A stretch of DNA of 64,000 bases, taken from positions 64,001 to 128,000 of the forward strand of contig OY970309.1 in the NCBI GenBank assembly GCA_963716395.1, written 5' to 3'. The notes under the pieces are model-generated. The model was given only the letters and a program-made list of their open reading frames with translations, had not been told where the DNA came from and searched no databases. The stretch comes from an uncultured Fibrobacteria bacterium. Its GTDB lineage: Bacteria > Fibrobacterota > Fibrobacteria > UBA11236. Positions 9,851 through 17,831 of the stretch are shown here, piece by piece (position 1 is the stretch's first letter; each line of letters opens with the position of its first letter). The position numbers were made by a program, and so were the translations under genes.

Positions 9851-11596
9851 GTGAAAATCCCCTTTCGCGCACGGTTTGCATGTTCCCCATCCTGGGGGTT
9901 GGCGGGCATGTTTCTTTGCACCGCGGTAGGTTCAGCCTCCCCCCAGACCATCCGGAACGATCAATTCTGGAAAGATGAGAGCGGCAATCCCATCTACTCC
10001 CAAGGCGGCGGGGTCTGCAAATTCGGATCCACCTGGTATTGGTACGGCGTCCACTACACGGGGGCGGAGGAGTACTTCGCCCACCCCACCGCCAGGAATT
10101 CCGACACCCAGTTCGTGGCCGTCACCTGCTATTCTTCGACGGATCTGGTGAACTGGAAATTCGAGGGTAACGTGCTGGATTCCTCTTCGGCCAGCCTGCC
10201 CGGGACCGGTTGGCTGGGTCGCCTGGGTGTGGCGTACAACGCCCCGACCCAGAAATACGTGCTGGTGACCGAGTATTCCGGGACGCATGGAGCAGGGGAG
10301 CTGTTCGCGACTTCCTCCACGCCGAACGGGAAGTTCGCGTTCAACCGGGTCCAAAGCTCGATCTCCAACGTGGCCAATTCCACCGCCGGCGATCAGACGA
10401 TTTTTGTCGACGACGACGGTGCGGCCTATCTGATCTGTTCTTCCAGCAGCGGGCGGGCCTATCTGTATGTGGCCGCCCTGCGCGCCGCCGACTACCTGAA
10501 TGTGGAACCGGCCACGCAGATCGCCAAAACGGCGGGCCGTGAGGGCAATTGCATGTTCAAGCATCGCGGCCGATACTACTTCTGCTCTTCCGATCTGCAC
10601 GGCTGGAACGCCTCGCACACCTATGTGATCTCGGCCACCAGCATCACCGGTCCCTATTCCTCCGAGTCGGTGATGGGAACCACCGACATGGACTTCAGCC
10701 ATGTGAGCCAGTCGGGATTCTTCGTGAGCGTGCCGGGCTCCGTCGATACCACGGTGATCTTCGCCGGCGACCGCTGGTCGGATTTCGCCGGCAACGGGCT
10801 CGGCTACAACCAATGGTGCCCGCTCGCATTCGAAGGAGACGCGCCTTCCATGAATTCACTGTCGGCATGGAACCTCGACGCCCAGACCGGAACCTTCACC
10901 GTGGGGAGCGGGAACAATTGGGTGCTGAATCCGGGCTTCGAGGCCGACCGCGTTCTGCAAACCGCGCTGGCGGGCTGGACCGACTCCACCGATCAAGCGG
11001 CTTTCCCCGGGGGAAATGTGGCCGCCGGACATACCGGACGCTACGCCTTGGTCCAATCCGATTCCGTCGCCTATCGGGCCAAGCAGTCGCAGCCAATCAC
11101 CGGGCTGCCCGCAGGCCGGTACACGCTTTCCGCCTGGGTCCGCAGCAGTGGGGGTCAGAACACGTGCGTGGTGTATGCCCTGACTTCCACCGGAGACGCA
11201 TACGATCTGGACGCCTCCGGCACCATCCCCGACTGGAAGCAGTTGGCGGTATCGGGCATTCCCGTCACCGACGGCCGGCTCGAAGTCGGCGTTCGTTCCC
11301 TCGCCCATGCCGGCAATTGGGTGCGCGTGGACGATCTATCCTTGGTCCAGGAAAATCCCACGGGCTTGGTTCGCCTCACCGCGCGTGACCGGGAATCCCT
11401 TCCGCGCAGGGTCTTGGCGGATCTTCCCTTCACGCTTGTGCCGGGTACCGAAGCCGACCTCTTCGAAGCATCGGGCGTGTGGCGCGGACGGATCTCGGGA
11501 GCAGGCGTCTCGTTCCGTCTGCACGACCTCGGATATGCGGCGGGCGCTTACTTACTGCGCGTCCGCTCCGTCCCCTTTTCCCCGATCTATCCCTGA
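9851..11596 (+). CDS. Secreted GH43 glycoside hydrolase with CBM-like module and C-terminal tail
   Basis: WYWYG, YSSTDLVNWK, GDQTIFVDDDG.AYL, REG, GDRW, then an NPGFE CBM-like domain. GTG start with GGAGG SD. Confidence 0.85.
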   Translation: MKIPFRARFACSPSWGLAGMFLCTAVGSASPQTIRNDQFWKDESGNPIYSQGGGVCKFGSTWYWYGVHYTGAEEYFAHPTARNSDTQFVAVTCYSSTDLVNWKFEGNVLDSSSASLPGTGWLGRLGVAYNAPTQKYVLVTEYSGTHGAGELFATSSTPNGKFAFNRVQSSISNVANSTAGDQTIFVDDDGAAYLICSSSSGRAYLYVAALRAADYLNVEPATQIAKTAGREGNCMFKHRGRYYFCSSDLHGWNASHTYVISATSITGPYSSESVMGTTDMDFSHVSQSGFFVSVPGSVDTTVIFAGDRWSDFAGNGLGYNQWCPLAFEGDAPSMNSLSAWNLDAQTGTFTVGSGNNWVLNPGFEADRVLQTALAGWTDSTDQAAFPGGNVAAGHTGRYALVQSDSVAYRAKQSQPITGLPAGRYTLSAWVRSSGGQNTCVVYALTSTGDAYDLDASGTIPDWKQLAVSGIPVTDGRLEVGVRSLAHAGNWVRVDDLSLVQENPTGLVRLTARDRESLPRRVLADLPFTLVPGTEADLFEASGVWRGRISGAGVSFRLHDLGYAAGAYLLRVRSVPFSPIYP

Positions 11597-11789
11597 AGCT
11601 CGCGGTTCACCGGCGGAGTTGGAGCCGTGGGCGCTTTATCTCCGCTATTAACGCAACGCGGGACAGGTGGAAACAAAAGTGCCCAACCGCCGGAAATTTT
11701 TCTCACTTCCGCAAACCTCCCGCGCCTACTTTCACCTTCAGGATGGCGGACCGAGCATGCGCCACTCCCTGGAACCGAATGGGGCCCCC

Positions 11790-12977
11790 ATGAACCGGAT
11801 TTTCACCTTCTGTCTGACGAACTTTTTTCTGGCCGCCGCCGCCTCGGCGGCATCGGTCAACGACCAACCCGGAGGTTGGGCCTCAATGAACGGCGGCACC
11901 ACGGGCGGCGCCGGAGGCACGGAAGTGACCGTCACCACCATGGCCGATTTGCAGAAGTACGCCCAGATGTCGGGGAAATACATCATCTGGGTGCAAGGCG
12001 TCATGGGTTCCTATGGAACCAGCGGTTCATCCGACGGTGACCGCGTAGTCGTGGCCTCCGATAAATCCATTCTGGGCTTGCCCGGGGCCGAAGTGAAGGG
12101 CGGCTTCGACCTGCAAAAAGGGGTGAGCAACATCATTCTCCGCAACCTCAAGGTGCAGGGACCGGGCGCCATCGACGTGAACGGATTGGATGCCGTGCAC
12201 ATTCAACAAGACGTGAAAAACGTCTGGGTGGACCACATGGATATCGCCGATGGCGAGGACGGAAACCTCGACATCACCCATGCCTGCGATTACATCACCA
12301 TCAGTTGGACCAAGTTCACCTACTCCTCGCTTTCGGAGCCTTCGGGCGTTTCGGGAAAATCGCATCGGTTCTGCAATCTGATCGGGCATTCCGACAACAA
12401 TGCCGCCGAGGATTCGGGGCATCTGCTCGTCACCTTTTACAAGACTTGGTGGGCCGACGGAGTCGCCGAGCGCATGCCCCGGGTGCGTTTCGGCCAGGTG
12501 CATGTGGCCAACTGCCTTTTCACCAGCCAGGATCCGGGGCAGAATTATTGCATCCGCGCTTGCCACCGCTCGAATATTCTGGCCGAAGGCAACGCCTTTA
12601 TCGGACAGAAGTTGCCCATCGACACCATCTACGACACCACCTTTACCGCCATCACGGTGCGGAACAACCTCTTTACCAACTGCACGGGCAACACATCCGG
12701 AAGCCGCAAAGGAGTCACCTTCACCCCGCCCTACGCGGCCCTAACGCTCTCCGCACCGGCGGATGTGCAGGCGGAAGTCGGCAATCCCACCAGTGGAGCC
12801 GGCGCCACCCTGACCTGGGGCAATGCCGTGGCCATCGCCCCTCCGTGGCCGAAGGCGAGCGCCGCCGCAAAAATCTTGCGCCTGGTCGATGTCGCCGGCC
12901 GCATCCTCGCTCCCCGCCAAGTGCAATCGGTCGCAACCTGGCCGGCTTTCGGCGCCGGCATCGCGGTGAGGAAATGA
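11790..12977 (+). CDS. Pectate lyase, PL1
   Basis: GTTGGAGG, NIILRNL, VWVDH, DGNLD, RMPRVRFGQVHVAN motifs. Signal peptide. Confidence 0.92.
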   Translation: MNRIFTFCLTNFFLAAAASAASVNDQPGGWASMNGGTTGGAGGTEVTVTTMADLQKYAQMSGKYIIWVQGVMGSYGTSGSSDGDRVVVASDKSILGLPGAEVKGGFDLQKGVSNIILRNLKVQGPGAIDVNGLDAVHIQQDVKNVWVDHMDIADGEDGNLDITHACDYITISWTKFTYSSLSEPSGVSGKSHRFCNLIGHSDNNAAEDSGHLLVTFYKTWWADGVAERMPRVRFGQVHVANCLFTSQDPGQNYCIRACHRSNILAEGNAFIGQKLPIDTIYDTTFTAITVRNNLFTNCTGNTSGSRKGVTFTPPYAALTLSAPADVQAEVGNPTSGAGATLTWGNAVAIAPPWPKASAAAKILRLVDVAGRILAPRQVQSVATWPAFGAGIAVRK

Positions 12978-13021
12978 CTTCTCAAAAGTGAACCCGGCGG
13001 CTTCCGGCCGGCGCGAAACTG

Positions 13022-13387
13022 TTACTGGGCCTGAAGAAATTCAACACGGTTGCCGAAAGGATCGCGGGTTTCGAAGCGGATAAATCCCGGAATCGGCAGG
13101 CCGGGCAAAATGGCGAAGCCCGCTTCGCGCAGGCGGGTTTCGACCGCCGCCAAATCATCGACCTCGTAAGCGACATGGGCCTTGGTGGCCTGTCGGTCGA
13201 CGCCGTCTTCGACACCCACGTGCACCGCGAGGTTACCCGTGGCCAACCAGAACCCGCCGCGGGCTTCCAGCAGCGGCGGTTTGGGGATTTCGCGCAGGCC
13301 CAGCAGGCCGGCGTAAAATTCGCGGGCCCGATCTTCCTGTGCCCGGGGCACGGTGATTTGCACATGTTGCAGACCCAGAATGCGCAT
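13022..13387 (-). CDS. VOC/glyoxalase-family protein
   Basis: LQHVQI, FY..LLGL, HVAYEVDD, DPFGNRVEF. Confidence 0.88.
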   Translation of the reverse strand: MRILGLQHVQITVPRAQEDRAREFYAGLLGLREIPKPPLLEARGGFWLATGNLAVHVGVEDGVDRQATKAHVAYEVDDLAAVETRLREAGFAILPGLPIPGFIRFETRDPFGNRVEFLQAQ

Positions 13388-13473
13388 AGCGGTTGCTTCC
13401 CATGCAAAGATACCCGCCTCCGCAGCGGGATGCGCCGACTTCTTACTTTTTCCGAAATCTCAAAGGAGCCGGC

Positions 13474-14670
13474 ATGTCCCTTGATCCCGAAGCCTGGCGC
13501 GCGCTCACGCGCGGCGTGGTCGAAACCGTTCCCGAAGAGGAGTTTCGCGCCAAGTTGGCGCGCGGAACCCCCCTGCGCGTCAAGCTGGGCGTCGACCCCA
13601 CGGCGCCCGACATTCATCTCGGGTTCACCGTGGTCATGCGCAAGCTGCGCCAATTTCAGGATCGCGGACATCACGTCATTCTCATCGTGGGCGATTACAC
13701 GGCCACGGTGGGCGACCCGTCGGGCAAGAACAAGACGCGGCCCATTCTCAGCCATGACGAGGTGCTGCACAACGCCGAAACCTACAAGCGGCAATTCTTC
13801 AAAATCGTCGACCCGGAAAAAACCGAGGTGGTGTACAACGGCACCTGGTTTTCCCAGATGACCTTTGCCGAGGTCACGCGGCTGATGTCGGAAATCACCG
13901 TGGCGCAAATGTTGGAGCGCGAGGATTTTCACAACCGCTATCGCAACGGGCAGCCGATTTCGCTGCATGAATTCCTCTATCCCATGATGCAGGCGTACGA
14001 CTCGGTGCGCATCAACGCCGACGTCGAACTCGGGGGCATGGATCAAAAGTTCAATGTGCTGCGCGGCCGCGAATTGCAGCGCGCTCTGGGCAAGGAGCCG
14101 CAGGTGGGCATGTTTTTGCCCATTCTGCTCGGGACCGACGGCCATGAGAAGATGAGCAAAAGCCTGGGCAATACCATCGGCATCGACGAGGCTCCGCAAG
14201 CCATGTACCACAAGTTGTACGCGTTGCCCGACGCTTTGGTGGAAAGCTATTTCGAATTGCTCACCGACACACCCCTGGACGAAATACGGAAGAAACTCGA
14301 TGACCTCGGGCGCGGCGCCTCGAATCCGAACGCCTTAAAAGACGAACTGGCCCGCACCATCGTGACGCAATACCATGGCGCCGAGGCCGCGGAGAGCGCA
14401 GCCCAGTCGGAACGACGCGTGCATGCCGGGGAAATCGTACCCGAAGACGCACCCACAGTCGACGTCGAAACCGGCGAGCATTGGGTGCCCGCCTTGCTGG
14501 TGCGCGCGGGGCTGGTCAAAAGCAACGGCGAAGGCCGGCGCTTGATCGAGAACGGAGGCGTGTCTTTCGACGGTGAGAAAGTTTCCGATGCCGCGACCAA
14601 GGTGCGCGTGTCGGGCGAACACGTGCTGCGCGCCGGCAAACGGAATTTCGTGAAGGTGCGCGCGGCTTAA
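13474..14670 (+). CDS. tyrS: Tyrosine--tRNA ligase
   Basis: GVDPTAPDIHLG (HIGH), KMSKS, C-terminal S4 domain. Confidence 0.97.
   Translation: MSLDPEAWRALTRGVVETVPEEEFRAKLARGTPLRVKLGVDPTAPDIHLGFTVVMRKLRQFQDRGHHVILIVGDYTATVGDPSGKNKTRPILSHDEVLHNAETYKRQFFKIVDPEKTEVVYNGTWFSQMTFAEVTRLMSEITVAQMLEREDFHNRYRNGQPISLHEFLYPMMQAYDSVRINADVELGGMDQKFNVLRGRELQRALGKEPQVGMFLPILLGTDGHEKMSKSLGNTIGIDEAPQAMYHKLYALPDALVESYFELLTDTPLDEIRKKLDDLGRGASNPNALKDELARTIVTQYHGAEAAESAAQSERRVHAGEIVPEDAPTVDVETGEHWVPALLVRAGLVKSNGEGRRLIENGGVSFDGEKVSDAATKVRVSGEHVLRAGKRNFVKVRAA
14630..14670 (+). repeat. Direct repeat copy 1 (tyrS 3' end)
   Basis: 14630-14665 matches 15494-15529 at 33/36 positions. Confidence 0.8.
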
Positions 14671-14716
14671 AAAGCGGTGCGGCCCGGAAGAAGGTCGCCG
14701 GTTTTGAAACGAGCAA

Positions 14717-14752
14717 CCCCGTCCGCCTAAGGCGGACCTCCGGCGGACGGGG
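14717..14752. repeat. Nested palindrome, REP-like or IS200/605-end-like
   Basis: CCCCGTCCGCC...GGCGGACGGGG outer stem and inner GTCCGCC-TAA-GGCGGAC. Confidence 0.6.
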
Positions 14753-14850
14753 AATTAGACCCGAGGGTGAATGAATGCCGAAGCCGCGGAAAAGGCGGCC
14801 TTGGAAAGAAGAAGTGGCATCGGTCCGAATTCAGTGCTATTTTCAGTACT

Positions 14851-15135
14851 ATGAAAACCTCCCATGTCTACCCCATCACTGACCTCAAGACCCGAACCGG
14901 CGACCTGGTACGCGAGGTGGCGGAAAGCGGTGAGTCGGTTGTAATCACGCAAAACGGAAGACCGAAAGTGGTGGTCATGGGTGCCAAGCAGCATGATCAA
15001 ATGCAAGAAACCCTGGCCATGCTGAAATTGCTGGCCCAAAGCCAGGATTCCGTGGCCCGTGGCGAAAAGCTTGTCTCCGGCAAGGAATCCCGCCGCCGGG
15101 CCCATGCCGTATTGAAACGGCTCGCGAAGAAGTGA
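14851..15135 (+). CDS. Phd/YefM-family antitoxin
   Basis: YPITDLK...VVITQNGRPKVVV. GTGA overlap with the toxin gene. Confidence 0.9.
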   Translation: MKTSHVYPITDLKTRTGDLVREVAESGESVVITQNGRPKVVVMGAKQHDQMQETLAMLKLLAQSQDSVARGEKLVSGKESRRRAHAVLKRLAKK

Positions 15136-15464
15136 GCCGCGGCCGATACACCATCGCGTGGACGGAAACGGCGGCCAGGGATTTGGAACGGCTGGCCGTT
15201 TACCTTGAGACGGAAACGCCCCTGCGGGCCGGGGAAATCATCGACCGCATCGTTGCGCGTGCGGATGCTTTGGCAACTTCACCCTTGCGCGGCCGGACAC
15301 CTCTCGAATTGGAATCCATCGGCGATCGATCCTGGCGGGAAGTGGTGGAAGCACCGTGGCGCATCCTTTACAAAGTCGGTTCGGAGCGGGTTGAAATCCA
15401 CGGGGTTTGGGACGGCCGACGCAGCCTGCAGGACATTCTCATGGAGAGATTGCTGCGTGGATGA
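15132..15464 (+). CDS. RelE/ParE-family toxin
   Basis: WTETAARDL...P.RGR..PEL-like...REVV..PWRILY...DGRR. Confidence 0.88.
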   Translation: MSRGRYTIAWTETAARDLERLAVYLETETPLRAGEIIDRIVARADALATSPLRGRTPLELESIGDRSWREVVEAPWRILYKVGSERVEIHGVWDGRRSLQDILMERLLRG

Positions 15465-15493
15465 GAGGCACAAAGCGGGCGACGGTGTGCAGT

Positions 15494-15549
15494 GCGCCGG
15501 CAAACCGAATTTCGTGAAGATGCGCACGGTGAAAGTGCGCGCGGGTTAA
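15494..15549 (+). pseudogene. Degenerate duplicate of the tyrS 3' end (repeat copy 2)
   Basis: Encodes AGKPNFVKMRTVKVRAG*, versus TyrS AGKRNFVKVRAA*. Confidence 0.75.
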
Positions 15550-15556
15550 CACCGCC

Positions 15557-17704
15557 TCAGCGGCCGGGCGGCGCCAGCACGATGCGCGCGTCGGCCACCT
15601 TGGCTCCCTGCTCCAGCGCAAAGAGCGGGTTGATATCGACCGCTTCGATTTCCGGGAAATCGATCATCAATTGCGACAGCCGCAACAAGGCGTCGCGCAA
15701 AGCCCCGCGATCGCGGGCGGGCGCATTGCGGAAGCGGTTCAGCACGGCCGCGGCCCGAATGCCCGCGATCATTTCGTCGGCGTCGCGGGACCGCAGCGGT
15801 GCGCGGCGGAAGCGCACGTCGCCGACGGCCTCGACCTGGGTTCCGCCCAAACCGAACATGAGCAACGGTCCGAAACGCGCATGGCGGCTGGCGCCGATGA
15901 TGGTTTCCACGCCTCCCGAAACCATTTCCTGCACCCACACGCCCAACACGCGCGCTTCCGGGCGATAGCTTGCGGCATTGGCCAGCAGCCGATCAAAAGC
16001 CTCTTCCAGTTCCTGCGCATCGCGAACGCCGATCACCACGCCCTTGGCCTCGGACTTGTGCAAGATCTCATGGGAATAGATCTTCGCCGCCACGGGAAAG
16101 GTCAGGCCGCCGGCCAGAGATTTCACCGCGGTGCGATCGCCGACGACTTTTCCGGCGGCCAGGGAAAAACCGTAGGCCTGCAGCACGTGCTGGCTTTCGG
16201 GTTCGCCCAAGGTAGTGCGGCCCTCTTTGCGCACCTGCCGGAATACTTCGGCGGCGGCGTCCCGGTCGACCGCCAACGGCTGGATGCCGTTCGTTTTGGC
16301 GGTTCGGCGGCGCTCCGTGTGCCGCAAAGCCGCCGACAAGGCCGACACGGCGTTTTCCGCAAAAGCATACAGGGGAATTCCCGCGCTTTCGGAAATGCGG
16401 TGCACCGAAGAGCGCGGATCGAAATCGGCGAACACCGCCACCAACGTCACACCGCGGGCCGCCGCCCGCGGCGCCCGTTCCGCCAATGCCCGGGCCATGC
16501 CTTCCATGTCGGTCATGGCCTGGGGCGTACACAAGACCAGCACGGCGTCGGCCTCGCCGGAGGCGAAGAGGATGTCCAGCGCGCTTCCGAAGCGCCGCGC
16601 ATCGGCATCGCCCAAGACATCGATGGGATTGGAAAGGCCGGCTTCGGACGGCAGCGCCTGCGCCAGCGCCGCTTTCAATGCGGGTGCGGGCTCGGATAAT
16701 TGCAGGCCGCAGCGTTCGGCGGCGTCGGCCGCCAGAATACCCGGGCCGCCGGCATTGGTCACCACGCACAGGCGCGGGCCGCGCGGCGCCGGCTGCCGGC
16801 CCAGGCAAATTGCGGCGTCGAACATTTTTTCCAGCGAGGTCATGCGCAAGACCCCGTATTGTTGGCAGACATCGTCGAGGAATTCGGCGCGTTCGGCCAG
16901 GGCGCCGGTATGCGAAGCCGAGGCGCGCCGCCCGCTGCGGCCGTCTCCGGCTTTGAGCAGCAGCACGGGCCTGGCCTCGGGACCGGAGGTGATGTTGTCG
17001 GCGAGTTCAAAGAAGGCGCCGGGGTCGCGGAAATCCTCCAGGTAGCCGAGAATCACCCGCACCGCGGGATCGGCGGCCATGGCCCGTAACGCGTGGGTTT
17101 CGTCGAGCACGGCTTTGTTTCCCAGGGATACGAAACGATCCATGCCGATTTCATGCGCGGCCGCGAATTCCAGGGCGTATACGCCCAGGGCCCCGCTTTG
17201 CGAGAAAAAGGAAATGTTCCCGGGTTTGGGAATGCGTTTGGCGAAGGTGGCGTTGAGGCCGACGAGGGGATCGGTGTTGAACAGCCCCAGGCAATTGGGG
17301 CCGAGCAAGGCCAGATGGTGGGTGTGCGCTAAGGCCTGCAGCGCCTCTTCGCGGGCCCGGCCTTCGGGTCCGCATTCCTTGAACCCGGCCGAAATCACCA
17401 CCACCCCGCGCACCCCTTTGCGGCCGCAGGCGGCGACCACGGTGGCCACAGCCGCGGCGGGCACGATGACGACGGCCAAATCCACGGGGGCGGGAATTTC
17501 CTCCACCGCGGCATAGCACCGGACTCCGAGAATGGAAGCCGCCTTGGGATTCACCGGATACAGGCTGCCCGTGAATCCGTTTTTCACATTGGCGAACAGG
17601 GCGCGGCCCACGCTGTTGGGCCGCTCCGAGGCACCGATCACGGCCACGCTTTTGGGCCGCAACAGCACGGCCAAATCAAGTTCCGGCGGCGGCACGTCTT
17701 TCAT
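15557..17704 (-). CDS. Acyl/acetate--CoA ligase (ADP-forming), fused alpha+beta
   Basis: PKSVAVIGAS, GPNCLG, SQSGAL, ASHTGAL, NPIDVLGDA, HKSE, DINPL. No GNAT domain. Confidence 0.9.
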   Translation of the reverse strand: MKDVPPPELDLAVLLRPKSVAVIGASERPNSVGRALFANVKNGFTGSLYPVNPKAASILGVRCYAAVEEIPAPVDLAVVIVPAAAVATVVAACGRKGVRGVVVISAGFKECGPEGRAREEALQALAHTHHLALLGPNCLGLFNTDPLVGLNATFAKRIPKPGNISFFSQSGALGVYALEFAAAHEIGMDRFVSLGNKAVLDETHALRAMAADPAVRVILGYLEDFRDPGAFFELADNITSGPEARPVLLLKAGDGRSGRRASASHTGALAERAEFLDDVCQQYGVLRMTSLEKMFDAAICLGRQPAPRGPRLCVVTNAGGPGILAADAAERCGLQLSEPAPALKAALAQALPSEAGLSNPIDVLGDADARRFGSALDILFASGEADAVLVLCTPQAMTDMEGMARALAERAPRAAARGVTLVAVFADFDPRSSVHRISESAGIPLYAFAENAVSALSAALRHTERRRTAKTNGIQPLAVDRDAAAEVFRQVRKEGRTTLGEPESQHVLQAYGFSLAAGKVVGDRTAVKSLAGGLTFPVAAKIYSHEILHKSEAKGVVIGVRDAQELEEAFDRLLANAASYRPEARVLGVWVQEMVSGGVETIIGASRHARFGPLLMFGLGGTQVEAVGDVRFRRAPLRSRDADEMIAGIRAAAVLNRFRNAPARDRGALRDALLRLSQLMIDFPEIEAVDINPLFALEQGAKVADARIVLAPPGR

Positions 17705-17831
17705 CTCGTCTTAATAATAGATGCCGCGCTGGGGTGCGGCCGGCGAACGTACCCAAGGAACCACTCCGCAGGCAACTTCGTACCGGCCGCTCTCGATCCC
17801 GGGTTGTTCGCGCCGGTGAAACGCATGCCGG

